Part shown: positions 10,121 to 26,171 of the stretch, in pieces | Position numbering within the stretch: the first letter of the stretch is position 1 | How the letters are laid out: the number at the start of each line of letters is the position of its first letter | Origin: the human T2T-CHM13v2.0 reference genome, Homo sapiens | NCBI RefSeq assembly: GCF_009914755.1 | Contig: NC_060925.1 | Reading direction: 5' to 3' (one strand) | Length of the DNA: 64,000 nucleotides | Notes under the pieces: model-generated | What the model was told of the DNA's origin: nothing | The model's input: only the letters and a program-made list of their open reading frames with translations | The model's database searches: none | Position numbers and translations under genes: made by a program

Positions 10121-10770
10121 CTTTATTGAGGTTTAATTTACATCTTAAGATTCACTTAGGTGAACAATTCAATGATTACTATTAAATTGACAGAGTTGTA
10201 CAATCCTTAACACAATACAGGTTTTAGAATATTTCCATCATTCCAGAATATCCCTCATACCCATTTATAGTCACTACTGACTCCTACCTCCAAGAACCAG
10301 GCAAATGCTCATCTGCTTTCTATGTCTATAGATTTGTCATTTCTGGACATTTCACATAAATGGAATCATAGAATATGTAGTCATTTGCATCTGGTTTGTT
10401 TAATCAGGCATCAGGTTTTTTAGATTTACCCATGCTGCAGTATGTATCCATAGCATGTTTGTTTGTAATGTAAAATAGTATTCCATGGTATGGATATAAC
10501 ATCATTGGCTTATCTTTTCACCAATTGATGGGCATTCAGATTGTTTCTATTTTTTGGTTAATATGACTAATGCTGCCACAAGCATTCACATGCAAGTCTT
10601 TACACAGACATGTTTTCATTTCTCTTGGGTAGATATTTAGGGATAGAATTCTTGGGTCATATGGTAAATTTATGCTTATCTGCTGAAGAAATTGTCAAGC
10701 TATTGTGAAAAGCAGCTGCATGATTTTACAATCCCATCAACAACGTCTAGGGTTCTAGTTTCTCCTAAGG
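10121..10770 (-). mobile_element. Old L1 (L1MB/L1ME-like) 3' fragment, antisense
   Basis: 'ctttattgaggtttaattta...ttctggacatttcacataaatggaatcatagaatatgtag...tcttgggtcatatggtaaatttatg' is typical antisense L1M 3' sequence. Confidence 0.85.
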
Positions 10771-12090
10771 AGTTTTAACGAGACGCATAATATGGCTAGA
10801 TTTGTGCTTTAGGTAAATCAATCTGGTAGCTACTAAAAATGAGACTGAAAATAATGAGCCTGTTTAGGAAGATGTTGCAATAATCTAGCTGAGATCTCTA
10901 CTACGATTCCCAACTAGACCATTGGAGGAGAAGATTATCTCAGAAGAAGAACAATGCTGCTGAATAAGAACAGGTGATTTGCTTCCATCAGTTGCTCAGC
11001 CTTGGGAACGTGACTCACGGTGGTGTGAGGACAAAGCAGGTACCTGTCCGCCAGCCAGATTAGCTGAGGAAAATACACTTCAGGTATGTAAGCTTATGCC
11101 TTCACATCTGAAATGTCCTGTACTAACATATACACCCTCAAACTTTCCAACACTTATACTATCACTGTGTCATTTTTTCCTGGTTCACCAACTGCATACT
11201 GGACACAGTGCTGCACATGCTATTGGGTATTTTTCCTACTTTAGAGATTATGTTCATTTGGTTCTAAGGATAATTGCAAGAATATTGTTGTGCTATAAGT
11301 AAATAAATGCTATGTATTTATAAGTTATCTGTGTTAAAATTATACTATTTCTATTGTTAGCACACACAGTATTAAGTCATGTGGCCCAAATCTCATATTT
11401 CATAGCATATTATGGTTTTATTAGGATACAGTAAATTAATATTTCAGTGAGAAAGTATTTGGAAGTACCCATAAGCCTTATCAACAGCTCATCCCAATGT
11501 TTCCCTTCAAACAGCCACGTAGAATTTGTGTAAATGAGTCTAAATGAATGATAAGGACAATATGATGTTTGAGTTAAAATATCTTTTGAAACCGAAAATG
11601 AGCAGCTAGCCAAAAAAAATCTGTCACTTTAAAAAGATCAGGTAAAAGTCTTAATTCTGCCATTGTGCAATGTATAGCATGTAACTAAGAACAATATCTA
11701 AGGACAACAAATATAAATATTGAAGGAAGTTGAGTAATATTTACTTAGATTATACTATATTTGGTCTAGGAATAATAAACCTGTAAAATTATCTACACTA
11801 TGAAACTAAGCTCTGTATTATAACATATAAATGAGTTCTCTGATCTTTTAAAATATGTATTTCTAACAACCTTGTAAATGATTAATATTTCAAAATACTG
11901 CTACTACTTCTGCTACTACTAGTAATAACAACAATTTTGAATAGCCTTGAATGTCTTAAAAGTTGTAAAATATAATTTTATTCATGATGATTAAGTTCCA
12001 TGTGAATAAGAGAAATAAAATGACTACAAATATTTAACCAAAAATAAAAGAACAGAGTGTTTGCCAAAAGAGACCAATTTACTTATTAAA

Positions 12091-12270
12091 TAGAATGACC
12101 ATACATTACAGTTTCCTGGAATGAAGCACTTTTATAACTATTGTCCTGATGGCCAATCCAGTTTAGCATTTTGTCCTTGATTGCTTTACCTTTTAACAAA
12201 CTATTATTATCAATGTTATGATTATTGTTATCATTAATGAAAATAAGCCAGATGGACTTTTACAACCTCT
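12091..12270. mobile_element. hAT-Blackjack MITE relic (MER94/MER81-like)
   Basis: Degenerate 'tagaatgaccata...cagtttcctgga' terminus resembles the (T)AGGGTGACCATA TIR. Confidence 0.4.
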
Positions 12271-13400
12271 ACTTCATACTCCCAATCTTTGTTATAATCA
12301 TGTCTAAGTAGCATGAGACAAATCCAGGGAATGCAGTTCTCACCTTAAATGGGAGTTAATCTTAAAGAAGACCAGCAGTAATAACCTATCTCTTCCCATT
12401 TCAGACTCAACATAACCAATACCTGCCTTTCAAGGAAAACTCATATGGGGCTCACTGATGAAACAAAGCGAGTTTGCAAAAAAAGATTCGACATAGTCAA
12501 TTCTTTGTACTCTTCAGTGATGGTAGCTGCCTTAGTGGAAAATGTGGAAAATTACAGATTGGGGTAGGTGAATTGAAGATAAAATTATTTATTTTTGTTG
12601 TTATAAACACAAATTTTGATATAATATAGCATCATGTGTAAAATAATTTTCCTAACTAACTTAAGAAATATGTGGAACAGAAATATTTGAAATGTGGTGG
12701 TGTACAAGGAAGTGAGCTTGAAGAAAAGAGGGTCCCAAAAATTCATGTTTTACACCAAGAGAAATAAAACCATAGTAGTCACAATTTATGAATATTTTTA
12801 CACTTGTATATATATACTTGTATATTTGTGTGTATATGTATTTGCAACTGAATTATAAACTTTAATGATTAAGCTGATTTGAAATAATTTTAGGAAATAC
12901 TTTAGTATGGCAATACATACTTGGTCTTTTTGTTGCCCATAATCAATTAGATTTGAGAAATAATTAACCATTGAATAACCTCTTTGCAAATTTACTTAGT
13001 TATCCTAGCAAAGTATTAAATATTTTGTAAATGAGTCCTCACATTTCTGATTGTATGTTTTTCAAAATTGTTGGAAATCTTTAAACAAAATCCTGGAGCA
13101 TCCAAATTTCAACTACTAAAGATTATAATTTTTGAGCACCCATATTTCAAATATGAAAGCTTTTGGCAAATTGCATTTATTGAAAATAAAGCTTTCATAC
13201 AGGAAGATATTGATAGCTCTTAAAAAGCAAGGGATACATTGAATTGATTAGATGATAAGTGGGCAAATGGTATGGAGGATGTAATTTTGAAATTCTCTAA
13301 GAGCATATTGAAATGTATTAACTTTTAGGAAGAATTTTGATGAGCCCCTATTTTTGAGTAAATTTCTTTTTAAACTTGTATTACATTTTATTTTGTCTCT

Positions 13401-14007
13401 ATTTTTGTTATTATTATTATACTTTAAAGTTCTGGGGTACATGTGCAGAATGTTCAGGTTTGTTACATAGGTATACATGTGCCGTAGTGGTTTGCTGCAC
13501 CCATCAACCCATCATTTACATTAGGTATTTCTCCTAATGCTATCCCTCCCCTAGCCTCCCACCCACCAACAGGCCCAGGTGTGTGATATTTCCCTCCCAG
13601 TGTCCATGTGTTCTCATTGCTCAACTCCCACTTATGAGTGAGAACATGTGGTGTTTGGTTTTCTGTTCTTGTGATAATTTGCTGAGAATGACAGTGTCCA
13701 GCGTCATCCATGTTCCTGCAAAATACAGGAACTCATCCTTTTCTATGGTTGCATAGTATTCCATGGTGTATATTGCCACATTTTCTTTATCCAGTCTATC
13801 ATTGATGGGCATTTGGGTTGCCTCCAAGTCTTTGCTATTGTGAACAGTGCTGCAATAAACATACATGTGCATGTGTCTTTATAGCAGCATGATTTATAAT
13901 CCTTTGGGTAAATACCCAGTAATGGGATTGCTGGGTCAAATGGTATTTCCAGTTCTAGATCCTTGAGGAATCACCACACTGTTTTCCACAATGGTTGAAC
14001 TAATTTA
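13401..14007 (-). mobile_element. L1PA (about L1PA7/8) 5'-truncated 3' end, antisense
   Basis: 'ttattattatactttaaagttctggggtacatgtgcagaatgttcaggtttgttacataggtatac...'. Minus-strand ORFs 13621..13872 and 13463..13711 translate L1 ORF2 C-terminus/3'UTR sequence. Confidence 0.93.
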
Positions 14008-15440
14008 TATTATGTACCATTATAGAATGAAAATGAAGTCAATGATTTGATGGTAAAGAGCTGCATATAATATGACTAATACTAAAATAATAAATAATTT
14101 TATAAGAACTGAGGTATAGGCCCACCAGCATAATCAATCTAAGTATAACTATTTCAAAAATTCTATTATTCTAATTATTCAACTATCTGCATTTACTATC
14201 AAAAATGCTTCAGCTTGAGAATAAATGATATGATCATCCCAGTTTTGATCAAGTAACTATTGGTGGACAATTTTGTGCAACTAGATCCTAAAATAATAAA
14301 AGCCTCTTTTCTTCATCATGATAGAAATAAAAATTCCTCTTTCCAAGTATCTCTTTATGCTCATCCTACAGGAAATTCAATTAAAGATATTATACAATAC
14401 TGGATGTTAAGGCTCTCAATCAAATGTTGCCATTTATTTCATTAAATTGTCTTCGTAACAGGCTAATTAAATTATTGCCCAGTTTAGAATGTAATTTCTA
14501 TAGCTTATACAACCAAACTTAATACCCTTAATAATTCAAAAACAGCTATATTTTTATACTTGAAAATTGTTTCTGTATGTTGAAGATTACAGATTTGCAA
14601 ATGTTCTGGCAAGTGTGAGCCTCTTTGAAAGTAGATCATATCCTTAAATGAATAGCAAATAAATCACAGCCACAAAATTGCATATATTGCATTTTGCAAC
14701 TGATAGCCTCTTAGCTGCTCAGACTGTTATTTAAATAAAATGAATAATTAGCGCAGAAAACTGAAGAGAAGGTCCTATTTTTATCTCTGTACTCAATAGA
14801 ATGTTTTCAAGACAAAAATTTGTAAGGAGCATGCTTGCTCAATTTCTTTAACTTTAAATCAATGTTTACTCTCTGAGCACTTATATTGTAAATGTTAAGT
14901 GGAGGCTTAGAAACTGATAATACTAATAATAAAAATGAAAAATTGAGTAGGCTATCCAGTTATTTGCCAATGTTTAAAAGCTATTTGGCATATTATTGGC
15001 ACAATTTAGCTGACATAACTCAGGTGCTTAATTTCATTAATTTCAAGATAGTCAAAACATTTGGCGTAGGAAGATTAAAGGAAAACTCAAAATATAAACA
15101 GAATTAAAATAACATCATAAAAATAGTAGTTGCCGAAATAATGAAAAAAGTGTTAATAGCAATAAATAAAGGCACACATCAATCAATATGAAAACATACT
15201 ATAAATGATGTGAACAAAAGATACAAGTTAAAGAGGCAAATAGTCAATAAATATGCGAAAAATTAAGCTCACAAATAAATAAATGCAAATTAAAGTATAA
15301 GCATAATGAAATTTTTGCTCTCCAAATTAACAAATAATTTATTATCCCATTTCTCTCTGTGGACAAGAATATGAAAAAGATATTCTGATAACCTCCTGGT
15401 GAGGCAGCAATTTAGTATAATTTTTTGAAAAGTAATTTAA

Positions 15441-15753
<313 letters not shown>

Positions 15754-16407
15754 TTAAAAATACATATTAATAAAGATATTATACAGTATCTTTGTATAAT
15801 ATATCTTTGACCATATGTCTATTTATTTTAAAAATCCATCCCTAACTAATTATCAGAAATGTGAACAAAGATTTATGCATAGTGATTTTACCACTTTTTA
15901 GTTATAAAAATAAATCCTGAGTATGACCTAAATGTACAGCAATAGAGTAATAGTTTAATTAAGATGTATTCATAGAATGTAAAAAGTATTCAATGATATG
16001 AAACTTCTTTATTTTTAAGTGAAAAATGATGGCAAAAATATACACCTCCAATGTATCTATGTCTGTGTCTATGTAAATATGTTCATCTATCAATGTATCT
16101 ATAACCCTTTATGTTTACAAAATGAAAACTTAGAAGACTATATCTCAAAATGTCATTTCTTATTTGCATCACTGTTTTGACAATGAAAATGTATATTTCC
16201 TTTACAATTTGAGAGACATTTTACAAAAAAATTAGTCCAAATTTTGTTTAAAATGTTAAGAGCAGCATAAGTTTTGTAGAACTTTAAAGTAAGAAAGTAA
16301 ATTAAGGTTTTTCATAAGATAGCAATTAACTAGTCATTTTAATCTAACCAGTAAATTTGAATTAATTTGCTGCTAATGGGTTTGCTTTAGTTGAAAAGTA
16401 CATGGAG

Positions 16408-16783
16408 TCCTTGGACTCTTCAGGCTACTATAACAATATACCATAAACTGGGTAGTTTATACACAACAGAAATTTATTTCTCACAGGTCTGGAGGCTGAA
16501 AAATCCAAAAACAAGGCTCTGGAAGATTCTGTGTCTGATAAGGGCCCACTTTCTCATTCATAGATGGAGCCTTCTCACTGTGTCTTCACATGGTGAAAGG
16601 GATGAAGGTGCTCTCTTAGGCCGCATTTATAAGGACACTACTCTCATGACCTAATCCCATTTATGAGGGCTCTATCATCATGACCTAATTCGCTCCCAAA
16701 GACACCACCTCCTGATTCGATTATCTTCATGGTTAAGATTTCAACACATGAACTTGGAGGAACACAAACATTCAGATCATAGC
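16408..16783 (-). mobile_element. MaLR solo LTR (MLT1A/MSTC-D-like)
   Basis: 'ggctactataacaatataccataaactgggtagtttatacacaacagaaatttatttctcacag...aacacaaacattcagatcatagca'. Confidence 0.85.
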
Positions 16784-17271
16784 ATGGACTATTTGTTATT
16801 AGTATTATTATTATTTCTTAATTACAAGTTTAATTAAAGGAACCAATAGATAGGGAATACAGCCAAGTTTGTTTACAAGTATGAAGAACCATCAGTGCTA
16901 CAATCACAAAAAATAATCTATGAAACCACTGTTGAAAATATTTTTATGTTATATTGTAAAAATCACTGAATTTATACCAGTGTTTATGGCAATATTTGCC
17001 CAATTTACAATCGGAATTATGTTGGTACTTTTTTATATGTCAAAGAGAATATAAAAGTCGCTTTGTTCTTATAAAATATAATTGGTAGATTAAATTTTAA
17101 GCTCACTGAAGTACAAATAAGCTATCTAGATAGTATAAAAAACTAGTTAGAAAACAATTTCAAACAAACTGTTGGTTTGAGTTTTTTTCTTCACAGTATA
17201 TAAACATTTAAATAAAAAACTTTAAAATAAACTTCACACCCAGTTTTCTCATGTTTAAGAAAGTCAGTACA

Positions 17272-17520
17272 AAGTAGTAGTTAATAAAGCTGGATAAGAA
17301 GCAGATTACCTGGAACTAAGTTCTGCTCTAGCACTTATAAATTGTATTATTTAGGGCAAGTTATTTAACTTCTCTGTTCTTCAGTTTCCTCATCACCAAA
17401 CTGGGAATAATAATTGTATCTACATTAAGGGATTATTTTAAAGATTCAAAGAGCTAATAAAATGTAAAGCCCATAAAAGAGTACCCAGGACACAGTAAGA
17501 GCTTCATCAATACTAACCTT
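17272..17520 (+). mobile_element. MIR SINE
   Basis: MIR core 'gggcaagttatttaacttctctgttcttcagtttcctcatc'. Confidence 0.8.
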
Positions 17521-17589
17521 AATTATTGTGCCCTCAGTCTACACTCATACTTTTCATAGCAAATCTTGAGTGAATAGTATTCACTTTTT

Positions 17590-18098
17590 TTTCATTCATT
17601 TCAGAAGCATTTGTTGAGTACCTAACAATATTTGTAATTTTGAAGGCAAATGTTGGATAAGCCCTGGTGGGGAAAAAAGACAAATGTAACCTATTCTGAC
17701 CTCAGATAATGCATGGCTTCATGATAGAGAGAAGGATCCTATAAAAAAAAACAAACGAACCAAAAAAGTTTTGGAAGTACAGAAATGTACTGGCTGCAGA
17801 GGAGCAGGCAAGACATAGAATCTAGGCAGGGGCTTGGGATTAGGAAGGGCTGGTCTCTGGGAAAATCATTCATGCTCTGGGGTTCAAACAATGCATTGAA
17901 TTGTCTTGAAAAATAAAGTGAAATAGATATACGGGGGAAAAATAATCCACACAGGCACAGATGCAAAAGAGATTGTGATGCATTTGAGGAAATGGAAGAA
18001 AACTGATTTGGCTAAGTTCAGGATACAGGTGGGAAAGAGAATTGTGAAAATTGTGGCTGTATAGCTAAGGAGAGGTCAGATTATGAAGAGCCTTCAAG
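17590..18098 (-). mobile_element. L2 LINE 3' fragment, antisense
   Basis: 'ttcattcatttcagaagcatttgttgagtaccta' tail followed by purine-rich L2-like body. Confidence 0.65.
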
Positions 18099-18099
18099 T

Positions 18100-18231
18100 A
18101 GAGTAAACATATAATTTATTGTTGTACCAAACTATCTTTGCAAGTGAGGGGGAGAATACTAATTATTTTACCCGGAACACAGGCATAAAACAAAAATCTC
18201 CATAGTGACTTGGAATGTATAGTACTTCTAG
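18100..18231. mobile_element. MER94-like hAT-Blackjack MITE
   Basis: 'agagtaaacatataatttattgttgtacc...gtgagggggagaatactaattattttacccggaacacaggcataaaac' resembles the MER94 consensus. Confidence 0.55.
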
Positions 18232-18271
18232 GCCATGATTACTTTCATCTATGCATCTATGTTCTCTCCAT

Positions 18272-18573
18272 CTTTTTTTTTTCTTTTTTTGAGACAGAAT
18301 CTTACTCTGTTGCCGAGGCTGGAGTGCAGTGGTAAGATCACAGCTGACTGCACCCTTGACCTTCTGGACTCAAGCAATTCTCCCACCTCAGCCTTGCAAG
18401 TAGCTGGGACTACAGGCACATGCCGCGACACCTAGATATGCATTTAATTTTTTGTAGATATGGGGAGTCACCATATTGCACAGGTTGTTCTTGAACCCCT
18501 GTGCTCAAGCGGTCCTCCTGTCTCGGCCTCCCAAAGTGCTGGTGTTACAGGCATGAGCTACAGTGCCCATTGG
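18272..18573 (-). mobile_element. AluJ element, antisense
   Basis: Poly-T, then 'gagacagaatcttactctgttgccgaggctggagtgcagtggtaagatcacagctgactgca...ctcaagcaattctcccacctcagcc' (AluJ diagnostics, high divergence). Confidence 0.92.
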
Positions 18574-18967
18574 CATCATTTTACCTTTACTTTGGGTACA
18601 TGTACGTGTTGCAATAAGGAAGCAGGGAGCACAGGGAGAGGAGAATCTCACAGGCAAGGGGGTTCTGGTACCAGATAAAGGCGATAGATACAAAGATAAG
18701 CCAAACCACAAATGCTTATTCAGCATTCTTCCTGAACTATCTTTCCTCCCCTGAAACTCCTTTTTCTTTGTTTTCTTCTTGTGTCTTTGATTACTTTTTT
18801 CAATTTCCTCCATGGGGTTCTCTTTTTTAATATGAATTTTTTTCTTTGCTTATTTTCTTTTCTCTAACTATATATAGAGAGATATGAAGTTACCCTCCCT
18901 ACATAACCATCCGTACAGTGTCAATTTCAAACTTATTTCAATGGTTCCTGAATGTTTCTCTTGGTAC

Positions 18968-19115
18968 TGAAACCAGCCCAACTTCCTCACAGAACTGATA
19001 TTTATAGTTTTTAGATAAACATAAAAATTGACTCAACCAATCTTAAAATGTAAAACTTAAATTTGCCTTATCTGAGTTCCTTTCTCAGGAAACCCACTCT
19101 CAGGCCTCCCAAATA
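18968..19115 (+). mobile_element. ERV1-class LTR 5' fragment (MER34/MER39-group-like)
   Basis: 'tgaaaccagcccaacttcctcacagaactgatatttatag...ttatctgagttcctttctcaggaaaccc...caggcctccca'. Confidence 0.55.
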
Positions 19116-19374
19116 ATCCATAAGTATCTCTGAGTGACTTTTAGGTGCCCAGTAACTATAGCCTTTTTCACAAATCAGGGTCTCATATCTAATACTGGGT
19201 CCAGTAAGAGACTTTAAACTTCATCTTAGGCCCTCCAATATGACTATAATATTTGCATGTCACTAAAATATTGTGGTGTTAGGAAGGAAGAAGGACAAGA
19301 GAAAAATTCAAGGAAGGAACTTGAAAACATTTTTAAAGTTCTATGTAAGGAATTCCACAAAAACACCTTTTATA

Positions 19375-19892
19375 TTTTTTTCCTGCAAGAATAAGAAAAT
19401 CCAACGCAAAATTGCTTAAGCAATAAGCAAAATGTATTATTTCACATATTAGGAAGTCTAAAGTTTGAAAGGTTTGAGAGTTAGATAATTCAGTGGCATA
19501 TTGACATCATCAGTGACCTAAGTGTTTTCTATCTTTATGACCTGTCATCCTCAGTGAATTGCTTTGCCTTTTATGGACCCAAGATGACTGTAAAATGTAG
19601 AGAGGCATAAATGCAGTCTTTCCTTCTATGGGTCTCCTTAATGGACTTTATCCAGATGGTTCCCAGCAGATGTCTCTTTTCAGCCTATTTACCGGAACTG
19701 TGTGACAAGACCAAGCCAACACTATCAAGGAGAATGTTCTTGATCTGATTCTTTTAACCCATCTTTATTTACTTCTTGGAGCTAAAAATAATCCAGAGTG
19801 CAGGGACACGAGATACCTGAGCAAACCTGAGCTTCTATTAATAAAGAAGGTGAAAAATAGTGGTTTACAGGAAAACAGCAGTATCTGCTACA
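19375..19892 (-). mobile_element. Old MLT1-family LTR (MLT1J/K/L-like)
   Basis: 'ctgcaagaataagaaaatccaacgcaaaattgcttaagcaataag...ttatttcacata' start and 'gcagtatctgctaca' end. Confidence 0.6.
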
Positions 19893-20271
19893 TTCTACAT
19901 TCATTCTAGGTTATAAAACAGTTCCTCACGACAGAGCCAGACAGGTGTAGAACCATACACGATCAAGATGCAGCAAATCAAAGAGCTGTGTGTCTAAGCA
20001 TCTGAAATCCATCTTTGACAATGACTATATACATGATATGAAAAAAATTTTTAAAGGTTAAGTGATAGACTGATTTGAGTTGAATCTAAGCCGCTCTTCA
20101 TATTAGTTGTTGTTCTATTCCTTCTTATGCTCCTCACTAAACCTCAGTTTCTTAATCTATAATCGGATAAAAATAGAAAAATAATGAGAGGAAAGTTCTC
20201 TGTGGTAACACTTACATGATTCTGTAGTAGTCTGACTGTTTGTGCCTTTACCTTATGACACTCTAAACTTA

Positions 20272-24433
<4,162 letters not shown>

Positions 24434-24679
24434 CTCTTTAAGTTGAGGAATGTATCTTCTTCATTGTGTCCCCGGTAGCTAGTACAGTGGCAGAATTGAT
24501 GGCTTTTAAGTATAGCTAATGACTGAAGGAGCATGTTATAAAATATTTATTAAAGCCTGTTCTATAATATTTGGCAGGTAATAGACATTTAATAATTATT
24601 AGATCATAGCTGATGATTTGACTCTTGACAGAACTAATTGCTACTTACATTTAAATAATGCTAATTAGAATGACAGGCT

Positions 24680-24900
24680 GTTGGAAAGCATGCAGAAGAA
24701 ACATATGGAAGTTAATAAACCTAGAGTCAAGGCCTGCCCTTCTCACAGTTATTCAACCCTAATAAATAGCTTTCTCTTGCTGACTCTCAGTTTCCTCACT
24801 TATAAAACGAGCACATTACCTACCTCATAACGCTGTTGTGATGTTGTGATGACTAAACATTTCTTACAGTTACTAAGTGGCTCTATGATCACTTCAATAA
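24680..24900 (+). mobile_element. MIR SINE
   Basis: 'ctgactctcagtttcctcacttataaaacgagcacattacctacctcataacgctgttgtga'. Confidence 0.7.
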
Positions 24901-25587
24901 AACTATGTGCCAAGTTTCTGCGTAATGATAGCCTGAGAATCCCCAAAAGTATTGGTTGCTTTCCGACCAGTCAATAATAGCTTACCAATTTATCTGGGAT
25001 CTCATGTGACTTGCTTCGTCTGTTCCAATAAATTTAGCATAAATTCAATTTGTTCAAAACCCACTACTACTACTACTATCTAACATTTCTAGTATGGCTA
25101 CTTTGTACTAGGTTCTTTTCTAAGTATTCCATGCATTCATTCATGGAAACACTTTTATTATTACATTTTGCAGTTGCTAAAACTGCATTTTACATAAGAC
25201 AAAATTATTTTCCTGTGTTTATACAGTTTGTGAGAAGCAAAAGCAAGTTGTATACCCAAGTTTGCCTGATTCCAGAATCAGGTTAGTTATCCACCATATT
25301 ATAACAACACTCAGGCAAAGTTTACATGTCTAGTTAATGTCAATAATGGTATAAACAGGAATTAGGTAATAGGCCATTTTTGGCTCTCTTAGTGAGATAG
25401 TAATTAAACATTTTAGCTGAAATTTCTCTTTACTATAACATACCACTTGATAAAGCATACATTAATTCTAGTCTGGTTTTGCTGTTGAGAAATTATCTAC
25501 ATTTACTACCTTATTATAACATATTATTCTTTTCATTTTAAAAATGGCCATTAGGTTTATCTTACTTATAATACAAAGTGTACTTTA

Positions 25588-25737
25588 TTTATTTTTTAAC
25601 TTTTATTTTAAATTTAGGGGTATATGTGCAGGATGTGCAGGTTTGTTACATAGGTAAACTTGTGTCATGGGTATTTGTTGTACAGATTATTTCATCACCC
25701 AGGTATTAAGACTTGTATTCATTAGTTATTTTTTCTG
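25588..25737 (-). mobile_element. Short L1PA (older, about L1PA13-16) 3' fragment with TSD
   Basis: 'ttttaacttttattttaaatttaggggtatatgtgcaggatgtgcaggtttgttacataggtaaac'. Near-TSD agtgta(c/t)ttta at 25577-25587 and 25738-25748. Confidence 0.88.
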
Positions 25738-26059
25738 AGTGTATTTTAATAGAAAACTAAACACTAATGGAATCACTGAAGGTATCATAGGAAATGTAAA
25801 ACCCTCAAGAGATGATTTAGAGTTTTCCATTTTCAGTTCATGGAAGGCAAGGTTTCCACTCAACAGAGAAAGTACAAAATGGCAGTCATCAGGACTAAAA
25901 CATTACAACTGTAGAAGTTACACAATGTAAAGCTTCTGATATTATAGGCACAAATTACATCATGAAACCATTTCACTAGAGCACATTAGTAAACTCAGTT
26001 TCCAACGGGTTTCCCTTGGGGCCCTCACCGTATTGAAACAATCACTATCTTAAGAAGAA

Positions 26060-26171
26060 AAATGTGTTCATTTGTTCCCATGAACCAGCACCTAGCATAC
26101 CTGTCTTCCACATCATAGGTATCCAATAAATGTTTCCTGAATAAGCAAATGAAGAATGAATGAATGAATGA
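26060..26171 (+). mobile_element. L2 3' terminus
   Basis: 'ccagcacctagcatac...taggtatccaataaatgtttcctgaataagcaaatgaagaatgaatgaatgaatga'. Confidence 0.7.
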
